From an uncultured virus (IMG/VR IMGVR_UViG_2894484731_000002) (Duplodnaviria; Heunggongvirae; Uroviricota; Caudoviricetes): 64,000 bases of DNA. The notes beneath the pieces were generated by a model. That model saw nothing but the letters and a program-made list of their open reading frames with translations, did no database searches and was not told the DNA's origin. Position 1 is the stretch's first letter; each line of letters begins with the position of its first letter. Made by a program: the position numbers and the translations under genes. Positions 46,747 to 55,836 of the stretch are shown here, piece by piece. The stretch lies in the IMG/VR virus record IMGVR_UViG_2894484731_000002; one strand, written 5' to 3'.

Positions 46747-47090
46747 TGGGCCGCCCACGTGTCGACGGGCAGGCCCTGCCCGGCCAGCCAGTAGCAGACC
46801 GTGTGGAACTGCGCCGCCGCCTCCCGGGCGTCCTGCGTGGCGACGGCGCTGCCCGGGTTGGCCTGGGTGACGTTCGACGCCTGGGCGACGCGCTGCTGCA
46901 ACGCCCGGTAGATCGCCTCGCCCTGTTCGGGGGTGAGGTCGTCGCCGCGTTCCCACGCCTGCGCGCGGTTGAGGGCCGCTTCCAGGTCCAGCTGCGCGAA
47001 TATCAGGCGCTTCTGCGCGTCGTTCACCTGGTCCCGGAAGTACGCGCCCAGCGTCAACCGGGCCAAGGCCTCGCCGTGGGTTTGCAACAT
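46743..47090 (-). CDS. hypothetical protein
   Basis: GAGGAGG SD plus ATG. Confidence 0.7.
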   Translation of the reverse strand: MLQTHGEALARLTLGAYFRDQVNDAQKRLIFAQLDLEAALNRAQAWERGDDLTPEQGEAIYRALQQRVAQASNVTQANPGSAVATQDAREAAAQFHTVCYWLAGQGLPVDTWAAQ

Positions 47091-47113
47091 CAGCCAGTGT
47101 CCTCCTCATCGGG

Positions 47114-47165
47114 TGCAAGGCAGACCGTACACCTAGGTACTGGCCATTGCAAGAAAGTCCGTACA
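47114..47165 (-). promoter_or_regulatory. paired TGCAAG-N4-WCCGTAC boxes
   Basis: TGCAAGgcagACCGTAC (47114) and TGCAAGaaagTCCGTAC (47148). Confidence 0.6.
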
Positions 47166-47171
47166 GGCGAG

Positions 47172-47399
47172 CTAATGGGTTTTGCCGGAGGAGGTGCGGG
47201 ACGGCCGGGGGATGTTGCGGATGCGCCGCCGCCGGTCGGCGAGCGTGCCACGTCCGCGCCGCAGCTCGTCGTACACCTCCGGCCTGCAGTTCGGGCAGGG
47301 CACGGCCTTGTCGCCGTTGCTGTCCACCCACCCGGCGACGCACCCCACATGGGTGCATGAGCAGGCCGGGAACGGACAGGGCACCGTCACGGCAATCAC
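47172..47399 (-). CDS. small Cys-rich hypothetical protein
   Basis: GGAGG-adjacent GTG; CSCTH.GC..GW...PCPNCRP. Confidence 0.55.
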   Translation of the reverse strand: MIAVTVPCPFPACSCTHVGCVAGWVDSNGDKAVPCPNCRPEVYDELRRGRGTLADRRRRIRNIPRPSRTSSGKTH

Positions 47400-47509
47400 C
47401 TCCTGCGGTTATGGCACTTTTAATGCGCCCGCATAGGTGAATGGTAAATCGCTTCACCGACAAAGTCCCTGCAATTCCCGGGGAAATATCCGGGCGGTAA
47501 GGTGCCGCC

Positions 47510-47967
47510 GTGCGGGCTTTCGCGAACGTGGAAGAGCTGAAAGCGGCGGCGGGGGAGACATTCGGCCCTGGTGAATGGCGGCCGGTGACGCAGCAGCAGG
47601 TCAACATGTTCGCCGACGCCACCGGCGACCACCAGCGGATCCACGTCGATGCGGCGCGGGTAGCAAATGGGCCGTTCGGTTCGGCGATCGCCCACGGGTT
47701 TATGAGCCTCGCCCTTCTGCCTGTTCTGATGGGTGACCTGCTGCACGTCGGCGGGGTGGTGGCGGCGGTGAACCACGGCATGAACAAGGTGCGTTTCCCC
47801 GCCCCGGTGCCGGTCGGTTCCCGGGTGCGGGCCAGCGCGGAACTGCTCGACGTCAAGGGCGCCCCTCCTGGGGCCAGCCCGTCGTGGGCGTCGCCGTGGA
47901 GGTGGAGGGCGGGCAGCGGCCGGTGCGCGTCGCCGGGTGGCTGACCCTGTACGTGCCGGCCACCTGA
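47510..47967 (+). pseudogene. MaoC-family dehydratase, frameshifted
   Basis: FADATGDHQRIHVD, IAHGF, KVRFPAPVPVGSRVR; the C-terminus (VAVEVEGGQRPVRVA...LYV*) lies in another frame after ~47870. Confidence 0.8.
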
Positions 47968-47984
47968 CGCAGGACGGCGGCCGG

Positions 47985-49193
47985 TCACGCGACCACCGCC
48001 AGCTGCCGGGGGCCGTTCAGCCCCGCCGCCCACGCCTTATCGAACCCGGGGCCTTTCTTCGTCTCGACGACAGCCGGGGCGGCGGTCACCAGCTCCTCGA
48101 CGCACGGGAACAGGTCGTTGCGGCGGTGCAGCCACAGGCGGCGGTGCGGGCCGTCCACCTCCAAGGCGCGGCCGTGCCGGGCGGCGACCCGCTGCAGCGA
48201 CGCCAGCACCCGGGCGCGGTCCCCGGCGCCCAGCACCTCGACGTCGCGGACCGCGTTGCCCATCTTCCGCTCGTCGCCCTTCTTCGCGCGGAACGCCCGC
48301 CGCACCCGGTACAGCGCCCACTCCTGGGCGTCCAGGTGCCGACGGAACTCGGCGAGCAGGGGAGCGGCGTCGGGGTGGGCGGCCAGCACGTCGACCAGCC
48401 TCTGCCCGCCGATGAGGCCCTGCCTGGCGTTGAGCGCCACCGCGGCGTGCTCCATCGACAGGGGCAGCATCGCCACCTCCGGGTGCGCGACGAAACGCGG
48501 CAGCGTCCGCTGCAGCCCCTCCCGATGCGTCAACGCAAACGGACAAAACGTACAGGCGCTTTTGGGCCAGTCGACGCCGAGGTGCTGGCGGATGTAGGCC
48601 AGGGCGTCGCTGCGGAACCAGCCCCACTCGACCAGCGGGTACACGGGGTTGCGGCTGGGCAGGCGGCCCTGCTCCCGGTCGGTGGCGACCCGGTCGAGCT
48701 CGCCCAGCTCGAACCCCACCACGTGGTCGTACGGGCGGCCCCCGGTGTGGGCGGAGATCCACTGGTCCAGCACCCAGCCCTTGAAGCGGATGCTGCACTT
48801 GCGGGTGCCGCCGACCTGGGGGACGGTCCCCATGGTGACCATCTCCGTCGACAGCTTGTACACGCCGCCGATGTGACACACCGTTGGGTGGCGGGTGTCG
48901 TCGAGGACCACGAACCCGTCCCGCTCGTAGTGGCCGGCCCGGGCCACCTGCACGGTGCGCACGCCGTGCGCGGCCAGCAGCGGGTAGATGTGCCGCTCCA
49001 CCAGGTGCCCGGTCTCCGGCCACTCGTCGCCGGTCTGCGCCGTGACCACGACCAGATCCGACAGGTCGAAGTCGCGGCTGGACGGGTCGAGCAGCCACCG
49101 CAGGAGGATCGCCGTGGAGTCCGCGCCCAGCCCGTACGACAACACGACCAGGCGGCGGCACTCCACGGCGGCGCGGAGCGCCGCCCCGGTCAC
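47985..49193 (-). CDS. PAPS-reductase-like / adenine nucleotide alpha-hydrolase-superfamily Fe-S protein
   Basis: VLSYGLGADST PP-loop variant, TGDEW, KCSIRFK, YPLVEWGW.R, KSACTFCPF. Confidence 0.78.
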   Translation of the reverse strand: MTGAALRAAVECRRLVVLSYGLGADSTAILLRWLLDPSSRDFDLSDLVVVTAQTGDEWPETGHLVERHIYPLLAAHGVRTVQVARAGHYERDGFVVLDDTRHPTVCHIGGVYKLSTEMVTMGTVPQVGGTRKCSIRFKGWVLDQWISAHTGGRPYDHVVGFELGELDRVATDREQGRLPSRNPVYPLVEWGWFRSDALAYIRQHLGVDWPKSACTFCPFALTHREGLQRTLPRFVAHPEVAMLPLSMEHAAVALNARQGLIGGQRLVDVLAAHPDAAPLLAEFRRHLDAQEWALYRVRRAFRAKKGDERKMGNAVRDVEVLGAGDRARVLASLQRVAARHGRALEVDGPHRRLWLHRRNDLFPCVEELVTAAPAVVETKKGPGFDKAWAAGLNGPRQLAVVA

Positions 49194-49774
49194 GGCAGCC
49201 GCTCCACCGCCGGGGCGGCCGCCTTCGCGGTCAGGCCGAGGCTGCGCAGGAACCGGAACTCACCCGGCCGGGCGTCGCTCATGAGCTGGGCGGCCAGCGC
49301 GTACGCGGCGTCGTCGCCGTCGGCCGCCACGGTCAGGGTGTACCGGTACCACGCGCCGTCGAACATGTCGGCCTGGACGCGGTAGGTGCGCGGCCCGGCG
49401 GTGGCGAGCAGGCGGCGCACCAGCATGCGGGCCTTCACCTGCTCCGCCGTGGGGGCGGTCCAGGCGTGGTCGCCCACCACCTTGCCGTCGTCGCCGGTCA
49501 GGCTCGACCAGCACCGGCCGTGGTCGGGGGGGAGCAGGACGCACCAGCGGCACGCGCCGGGGGCGGGCATCCGGTCCAGGGTCCGCCAGTCGGCGCCGGG
49601 CTGCGCGCGGTACACGATGTGGCAGCCGATGTCGTAGCCGGGCCACTCGGCGACCGTACGGATGCGGGCGGCCTGCGCGCGGTCCAGCGTCGGGGCCTTA
49701 GCGTCGCGGATCGTGCGGACGTTGCCGAAGATCCGGTCGGTGTAGCGGACGGCGAACTCAATACCCTGCGTCAT
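49190..49774 (-). CDS. hypothetical protein (possibly leaderless)
   Basis: ATG overlaps the repeated box; CRWC...HG...H.W.APT.EQVKARM motif. Confidence 0.65.
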   Translation of the reverse strand: MTQGIEFAVRYTDRIFGNVRTIRDAKAPTLDRAQAARIRTVAEWPGYDIGCHIVYRAQPGADWRTLDRMPAPGACRWCVLLPPDHGRCWSSLTGDDGKVVGDHAWTAPTAEQVKARMLVRRLLATAGPRTYRVQADMFDGAWYRYTLTVAADGDDAAYALAAQLMSDARPGEFRFLRSLGLTAKAAAPAVERLP

Positions 49775-49806
49775 ATCAAAACCATATGATGTGCTGACTC
49801 TGATAT
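49773..49806 (-). promoter_or_regulatory. ATATC-N24-GATAT box, copy 15
   Basis: ATATC aaaaccatatgatgtgctgactct GATAT. Confidence 0.75.
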
Positions 49807-50150
49807 CAAGTGGTTTTGGTGGGCTGACCTGCACAAACACAACGACGCCCCCTCCCGCAGGGCTGCGAAGCGACACGGGAGAGGGCGGCGCAGGTGCCCC
49901 CGCTACTGGAGAAACAGGCGGGCGGGCACACCCCCGGCCTTCCGGGCGACCGAGGGGGAACAGATGACCAGGGCCACACTAACGGCGACACCCCCCACCA
50001 GCGCGGTAGGTGGGAGGCGCCGCGCACCCGGCCGGTGCCTTGAATGACCGGGTGCTATGTGGAGTCGGACCCCCGCCACGAGCGTGGCGGAGATCGTCGC
50101 GGCACGACCGTACCGCCCCCACCTGGGCGGGCGCAGGCGAACGCCTGGGG

Positions 50151-50675
50151 TCACACCCTCTCGGGCCAGTGCCACGTCCCCGGCAGGTGACGCCCGTCGA
50201 CCTGCTCATGGTGCTTGACCGTGGTGTGGAACACCCCCGCCGGGTTGAGCACGACCAGCGCGCACGCGTCGCCGTGCCACTGCTCGACCACCTCCCGCAG
50301 GCGGGTGTTGTCCTCGGCGACGAACGGGGCGCGCCGCACCTCCGGCACCCACGCCCCGACCTCGGCGATCGTCGCGGCCCGGCACACCGACGGGAACTCC
50401 CCCGCCGGGGTGCCGTACGACACGTAGTGGACGACGCGGCCCACGCTCGGCACCGGTGGCACCGGCGGCACCGGCGGCCCCGCCGCGACGTCGGGCGGCC
50501 GGGCCGGCTGCTGCGGCTGCCCCTCGGCGCCGAGCACCGCCTGCAGCTGGTCACGCAGCACCTGCTTGTCGTCGACGCCGGCGGCCGCCAAGGCGAACAC
50601 CAGCGCGACGCCGAGCGGGCCGTACGTGCCGCCCAGCACCTCCAGGGCCTCGCGCACGCGCGGGTCGGCGCTCAC
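50151..50675 (-). CDS. phage-type hypothetical protein
   Basis: PSVGRVVHYVSYGTP.GE....CRAA.I...GTWHWPER motif. Confidence 0.7.
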   Translation of the reverse strand: MSADPRVREALEVLGGTYGPLGVALVFALAAAGVDDKQVLRDQLQAVLGAEGQPQQPARPPDVAAGPPVPPVPPVPSVGRVVHYVSYGTPAGEFPSVCRAATIAEVGAWVPEVRRAPFVAEDNTRLREVVEQWHGDACALVVLNPAGVFHTTVKHHEQVDGRHLPGTWHWPERV

Positions 50676-50840
50676 GCCCGCCCCCCGGTGTTCGACCCCG
50701 GGGCGGCCGGGGCGGCGGGTGCGGGCCGCACCTGCAGCAGCCCGCCCCGCCCGGGCACGCCCCGCCGCAGGAGTCGGGGTCGCACAGGTCCGGGTCGCAA
50801 CCCGCCCCCTGCCCACATGAACGCACGTTTTCGTGCGCGG

Positions 50841-51401
50841 TCATGCGCGGGCCGCCTTCCCGCCGGTCGACTGTTCCAGCGCCGACCAGGCCGCCTCCAT
50901 CACCTGCGGCGGTACCTGCACCTCGCACCCGGCGGCCGCGTGGACCAGCTCGTACAGCCCGGTCGTCACGACCAGCGGCGGCACCTTCTCCGGCTCCACC
51001 GGGCCGATGTGCCGGGCGATGTCCTGGATGCGGGTCATCAGCCCGTGACAGGCCACGCTCGCCTCCCTCGGCTGGGACTCGCTGCCCAGGTACGCCACCG
51101 CCAGGTCGGCCCACAGGTCGAGCACGGCGGCACGCAGCAACTCCAAATGCAGGTCCGGCGCGCCGGCGTCCAGCACCATCCAGCCCGGGTGCCCGCATGG
51201 GCGGTCGCACACCAGGCGGGCCGGCTGCCCCCACCCGTCCCGCAGGACCGTCACGTCGTGCCCGAACTCGGCGCACTCCCGCTGGGCGAGCTCCCGGCGG
51301 GCCTGGTCCAGCGTGAACAGCTTCGGCCCCGGGCGGTCCCCGCCGTCCCGTCGTTCCGGCGGCTCACCGCCGCGCCCAGCGTCAGCCGGTATCACGGTCA
51401 C
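50841..51401 (-). CDS. hypothetical protein
   Basis: GAGGGG SD plus GTG. Confidence 0.6.
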   Translation of the reverse strand: MTVIPADAGRGGEPPERRDGGDRPGPKLFTLDQARRELAQRECAEFGHDVTVLRDGWGQPARLVCDRPCGHPGWMVLDAGAPDLHLELLRAAVLDLWADLAVAYLGSESQPREASVACHGLMTRIQDIARHIGPVEPEKVPPLVVTTGLYELVHAAAGCEVQVPPQVMEAAWSALEQSTGGKAARA

Positions 51402-51594
51402 CCATCCCCCTCGTTGTGATCGCGGACGCCCCGCGCGGGCAAGATGCGGGGGCGCGATCGAATGGTCACCCCCTACCACTGCCAGGGCCACCGCGACGTG
51501 CCGCGCCTGCGTATTTGCTGAGGGTTCGGCGGGGCGGGCATGACCGGGGCGTGGTGAACGCACCACCACGCGTTGAGGAACACCCGGCGGGCGG

Positions 51595-51756
51595 TCAGCA
51601 GAAGGACGTGAACCAGGGCAGCCACGCCAGCACCACCGCGGCGACGACGAACCCCACCAGCACCTGCACCGCCTCATAGAGCATGAAGACGGCGGCGACG
51701 ACGGCGAGCAGCACGGCAACAACGATCGCGGCACGCGCCGCGACAGTGGCGTTCAT
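51595..51756 (-). CDS. small membrane protein
   Basis: Two hydrophobic helices. Confidence 0.5.
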   Translation of the reverse strand: MNATVAARAAIVVAVLLAVVAAVFMLYEAVQVLVGFVVAAVVLAWLPWFTSFC

Positions 51757-51942
51757 TGGTGGAGGCCCCGAGACTCGGAAACGGGCGGGTGTGTTGCTCA
51801 ACCGTACGGCAGGTGCGCGGGCGCGATGCGTATGCGCACCCCCGCATCTTGGCGTGTCGCGATCCCCCCGGACATGGGTGGTGCCGCCCCCCTTTCCGCG
51901 CCGGGGGGCGGCACCACCATGGCTGGGGACGGGTTCCCCTCC

Positions 51943-52461
51943 TTACCCGTCCCCGGCCTGCGCGCCGCCTTCCGCGGTGCCGTTCCGTGCACGTGGCTGC
52001 CGACCCGCCCGCTGCACGGCTAGGCGGAACCACTCCTCCAGGTCCAGCGACGCGTATACCGTCACCTGCGACTCGTTGTGGGGCACCGGCCTCGTCCGGT
52101 GGTCCAGGTGGATGTGCTTGGCGTCGAGCAGGGCCAGCGCCGCCTGTACGTCGGTGAGGCGGCCGGTCAGCTCCACCTGCACCGCCCTGCCGCGCTCGTC
52201 AGGCGACAGGGGGCCGAAGCCCACCTCGTCGTCGTCGAGCACCGGCGCCGGGGGGCGGCCCGCGCGCCGCAGGGCGGCGGTGAGCGCGCCGCTGGTGCCG
52301 CCCGCCGCCTGCTCCTGGTCGCCCAGCAGGTCCAGCGCGGCGGCCAGCTGCGCGTGCCACTGCGTGTGGCCGTCGACGTGCTGCTCGGGCACCGGCGCGT
52401 GGCACACCCCGCACCGCAGCACCCGCTGCGGCGGGATCTCGTGGAACTCCGGGCCGGTCAC
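51943..52461 (-). CDS. hypothetical protein
   Basis: Coupled start; CGVC...H..WH. Confidence 0.6.
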   Translation of the reverse strand: MTGPEFHEIPPQRVLRCGVCHAPVPEQHVDGHTQWHAQLAAALDLLGDQEQAAGGTSGALTAALRRAGRPPAPVLDDDEVGFGPLSPDERGRAVQVELTGRLTDVQAALALLDAKHIHLDHRTRPVPHNESQVTVYASLDLEEWFRLAVQRAGRQPRARNGTAEGGAQAGDG

Positions 52462-52647
52462 GCCGGCTGCACCTGGACGAACAGGTCGGAGCCGTCGTCC
52501 ATGGTGATGCTCAGCACCGCCGGGTCGGCGGGCAGCAGCCCGGCGTACGCGACGTCGTCCATCGCGTTTGCCGCATCCAGGATGCGGCGGGCGAAGTCTC
52601 TAGCGTCCACAGTGATCACCTTTCGTGTCGTGGTGGGAGGCGGAGGG

Positions 52648-53013
52648 TCAGCGGGGGAACTCGGTGCGGTGGCCGTGCACCTGGAACAGGTAGGCCCGGA
52701 CAAGGTCCAGCTCGTCGCGCATCCGGTCGGCCGTCCCCGGCTGCTCGGCCCGCCCGTCGTGCTGCTCGTTGAGGGCCATCTGGTAGGCGTCCACGGACAC
52801 GCGGACCAGTTCGGCGGCCATGTCGTCGTCCACCACCATGTCGGCCAGCCACCGCTCCCGGCCGGTCCGGGCGTCGTGCAGCGCCTCGTTCGCGCGGCGC
52901 ACCAGACCCTCCGCGGCCCTCACCTTGGCCCGCAGGTACCGGTCGATGGCGTTCTCCGCCGCCGTCTCCTGCTCGTCGGACAGCGGCTCCTCCAGCGGGC
53001 GGCGGCCGGTCAC
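52648..53013 (-). CDS. hypothetical protein
   Basis: GTGA-coupled helical ORF. Confidence 0.6.
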   Translation of the reverse strand: MTGRRPLEEPLSDEQETAAENAIDRYLRAKVRAAEGLVRRANEALHDARTGRERWLADMVVDDDMAAELVRVSVDAYQMALNEQHDGRAEQPGTADRMRDELDLVRAYLFQVHGHRTEFPR

Positions 53014-53303
53014 AGCTCCGCCCCCTGCGCGGCGATGGACGGGTCGGTGGCGGCGGCCGCCGCCATCTGCGCCCGGATGAACCCGGCGAAGCCGTGCATC
53101 ACCGCCAGCTGGTCGCGGTCCAGGTATTCGGCCAGCTGCACCACGTCGTTGCCTTTCGCCCTGGCGGTGGCGAGCCGCGATTCGGCCTCGGCCCGGTGGG
53201 CGTTGATCAGCTCTTCCAGGTGGGAGGCGTGCGTGTCGGCCGCCTCGTACGCCGCCGGGCCCGACAGGACGGCGGGGATGCGCAGCCTCGGCTGCTGGTC
53301 CAT
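53010..53303 (-). CDS. hypothetical protein
   Basis: GGAG SD plus ATG. Confidence 0.65.
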   Translation of the reverse strand: MDQQPRLRIPAVLSGPAAYEAADTHASHLEELINAHRAEAESRLATARAKGNDVVQLAEYLDRDQLAVMHGFAGFIRAQMAAAAATDPSIAAQGAEL

Positions 53304-53319
53304 GGGAGTTCTCCGTTCC

Positions 53320-53871
53320 TCAGCTGGTGGTGTCGGCGTCGCCGTGCAGGCCGGTGTCGATGAGCTCGACGGCCGCCTCCAGCGCCCGCCGAAGCTCCTT
53401 GGTCAAGCGGCCCGCCTCGTCGGCCTCGGCCAGCCGCTGGGCGGCCAGCCCGATCGTCAGCGGCAGCAGCGCGACCTGCGTGTGCCGGGTGGCGTCGGCC
53501 CGGCACGGGCCGATCGCCTGCTGCCACTCGGCGGTCTTCTGCAGGTCTGTCAGGGCGATCGCCGCGCCGGTGGTCGCCAGGTCGGCGTCCGTCAGATCCA
53601 GCGGCGTCACATCGGTGTCGACGGTCAGCGACCGGATCCGGGTGATCGCCGCACCGGCCCGGGCGGTGACCAGGTCCACGGCAGCCTGGCACGGCTCGGC
53701 GGCCGGGGTGGTCGGGGCGGCGGTGCTCGGCGCCGCCGTGGTGGGGCCGCCGCCGCACCCCGCCATGGTGACGGAGGCCAGGGTGGTGACGGCGGTCAGG
53801 GCCGCCGCGGCGGCGGTGACGGGCGGCCAGCGCACAGGCTTTCCTCTTCTCGTGGTCGTGGTGGTGGTCAT
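53320..53871 (-). CDS. putative lipoprotein
   Basis: Basic N-terminus, hydrophobic stretch, MAGC lipobox-like motif, Pro/Thr linker. Confidence 0.6.
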   Translation of the reverse strand: MTTTTTTRRGKPVRWPPVTAAAAALTAVTTLASVTMAGCGGGPTTAAPSTAAPTTPAAEPCQAAVDLVTARAGAAITRIRSLTVDTDVTPLDLTDADLATTGAAIALTDLQKTAEWQQAIGPCRADATRHTQVALLPLTIGLAAQRLAEADEAGRLTKELRRALEAAVELIDTGLHGDADTTS

Positions 53872-54059
53872 TCGGCCGCCGCCAGGCGGGCGGCGATCTG
53901 CTGCAGCTGGCGGGCGGTGTCGACGGGGGCGACCTCGCCCCGCTGGACCCGGCCGGCGAGCTGGGCGACCTCCTCCGACAGGGCGTTGATCAGCGCGCCG
54001 CGCTGCAGCGCCAGCCGCACCACGTCGTCGACGCTGCGGACGTTGTCGTAGGTGGTCAC
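53868..54059 (-). CDS. small hypothetical protein
   Basis: Coupled on both sides. Confidence 0.55.
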   Translation of the reverse strand: MTTYDNVRSVDDVVRLALQRGALINALSEEVAQLAGRVQRGEVAPVDTARQLQQIAARLAAAE

Positions 54060-54418
54060 GGCTCGCGCCGCCCCAGCAGGCGGCGCGCCTCGGCGTCGGC
54101 GTCGTCCCAGCTCAGCGTGCCGTCGGCGATGCCCCAGAACAGCTGCACGATCCCGGGGTCGACGTGCTCGCCGGTGAACAACCAGTTGACCGCCTCCCGC
54201 ATCCGGCACTCCTGCTCGCGCGCCTCCTCACGGCGGGTTATCGCGCCTTTGAGGTCGGTGGCGGTCAGCCCGGTGTCGATCACCTTTGCGGCGCGCGTCA
54301 GCAGGTGGCAGGCGGAGTCGCGGGCTTTGTCGGCCCCGACGGGGCCGTGCGTGCCGGGGATGTCCAGGAAGTGCCGCAGCACGTCGAGCGCGGCCCGCGC
54401 CTCGCCGGGAGTCGTCAT
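54056..54418 (-). CDS. hypothetical protein
   Basis: ATGA-coupled (MTTPGEAR). Confidence 0.6.
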   Translation of the reverse strand: MTTPGEARAALDVLRHFLDIPGTHGPVGADKARDSACHLLTRAAKVIDTGLTATDLKGAITRREEAREQECRMREAVNWLFTGEHVDPGIVQLFWGIADGTLSWDDADAEARRLLGRREP

Positions 54419-55638
54419 GCGCGGCGACCCCCCGCCGGGACCTCGGCGGAGGCGGCGAAGTACGCGCTCAGCAGGCCCCGCACGAACGCCTCCCGGGGCA
54501 GCAGCCCCAGGGCGGTGCGGGCTGCGCCGCCCGCGTCGGCGGCGTGCGCGGCGGCCGCGCCGACCTGGTGGGCGGCGACGGCGGCGCGTTCGGCCATGCG
54601 GCCGAAGTCCTCCACGTCGTGGTCGTCCTCCAGGCGCACACCGACGAGGTTGGCGTGCTCGAACACCGCGCCCATGTGCGTGGCCGCGCCCGACAGCCGG
54701 TCGAGCAGCGCCGCGTAGTCTCCGGACCAGCCCGCGGCGGGGTCGTTGAGGGTGGTGACCAGCCGGTCGAGCGTCGCCTCCGCGCGGGCGGCCAGCTCCA
54801 GCGGGTCGACGGCGGCGGGCCAGTCGGCCACCATGTCGCGGATGGCGCTGGCCAGGTAGCGGCGGCCGACGTCCTGCCCGACGTAGGAGCGCAGCCCGAA
54901 CCGCCACACCACCCCGTGCGGGCTGCCGGTGGCGCGGACGCTGCCGTACACGCGGTCGGTGTGCGCGCCGGTTCCGTGGACATCCCACCGGTAGGGGCCC
55001 GTGGCGCGCAGCTCGTAGGCGACGCCGTCGACCAGCACCCGGTGGAACGGGCCGACCTGTTCGGCGACGCGGCGCAGCTCGGCGTCGCCGTCGGCGGGTT
55101 TGGTGACGGTGCACCCGCCGGTGGGGGTGACCATAAAGATGAACTGCCCGTGGTGGCCTTCGGCCATGTGCTCCCACTCGGGGTCGATGCGCCACATCTC
55201 CGCCTGGCCGTCACGCAGGACCAGGGTGGCGTCCTGGCGGATGCCCTCCTCCGACTGCCAGCTGCGCAGCGTCCGGGCGCGGGTGTCGGCTCCGGCGCGG
55301 TCGCGCGGGTCGAACGTGTGGGGGTCGTAGGACAGCCACGTCGCGCCGTCGGCGCGGGTGTAGGCGACGGCCCACTCGCGGGTCGGGGTGTCTTCGTTGG
55401 CGATGAGGGCGGCGGCCACCGGCTCCAGTCGGTCGGCGGGGACGAACCCGTACTCCCGCAGCACGGCGGTGCCGGTCACGTCGACCAGCAGCACCCGGAA
55501 CAGGTCGGCGCTGGTGGTCGGGTGCACCTCCACCCGGTAGCGGTCGGCCACCTCGGCGGGGGTGAGGGGGTTGGCGCAGGTCGCGGCCCGGTGGGTGTCC
55601 CAGCGGACGCCGCACCGGGGGCAGACGCGGTCAGCCAT
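54415..55638 (-). CDS. hypothetical protein
   Basis: GGAG SD plus ATG; N-terminal CPRCG; 407 aa. Confidence 0.7.
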   Translation of the reverse strand: MADRVCPRCGVRWDTHRAATCANPLTPAEVADRYRVEVHPTTSADLFRVLLVDVTGTAVLREYGFVPADRLEPVAAALIANEDTPTREWAVAYTRADGATWLSYDPHTFDPRDRAGADTRARTLRSWQSEEGIRQDATLVLRDGQAEMWRIDPEWEHMAEGHHGQFIFMVTPTGGCTVTKPADGDAELRRVAEQVGPFHRVLVDGVAYELRATGPYRWDVHGTGAHTDRVYGSVRATGSPHGVVWRFGLRSYVGQDVGRRYLASAIRDMVADWPAAVDPLELAARAEATLDRLVTTLNDPAAGWSGDYAALLDRLSGAATHMGAVFEHANLVGVRLEDDHDVEDFGRMAERAAVAAHQVGAAAAHAADAGGAARTALGLLPREAFVRGLLSAYFAASAEVPAGGRRA

Positions 55639-55836
55639 GTGGTGATCTCCGTTCGTGCGGTCAGGTGCGCGGGTGGCGGATGGCCGGGGCGGGGCGCGCG
55701 GGGGACGCGGTGGTCAGCTGGCGTCCTGGTGCGCGCCCGCCCGGCGTTCAGCGGGTCAGGTCCACGACAGTCCGGCGCGGGAGCGCCGGGCGGGGACGAT
55801 GCGGATCATGGTGGTGCCTTTCTCGGGGGGAAGGCT

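Noticed and set aside
22021..49806. Repeated boxes as a CRISPR array
   Set aside because: They are dispersed singly in front of genes, show no repeat-spacer periodicity, and no cas genes are recognisable.
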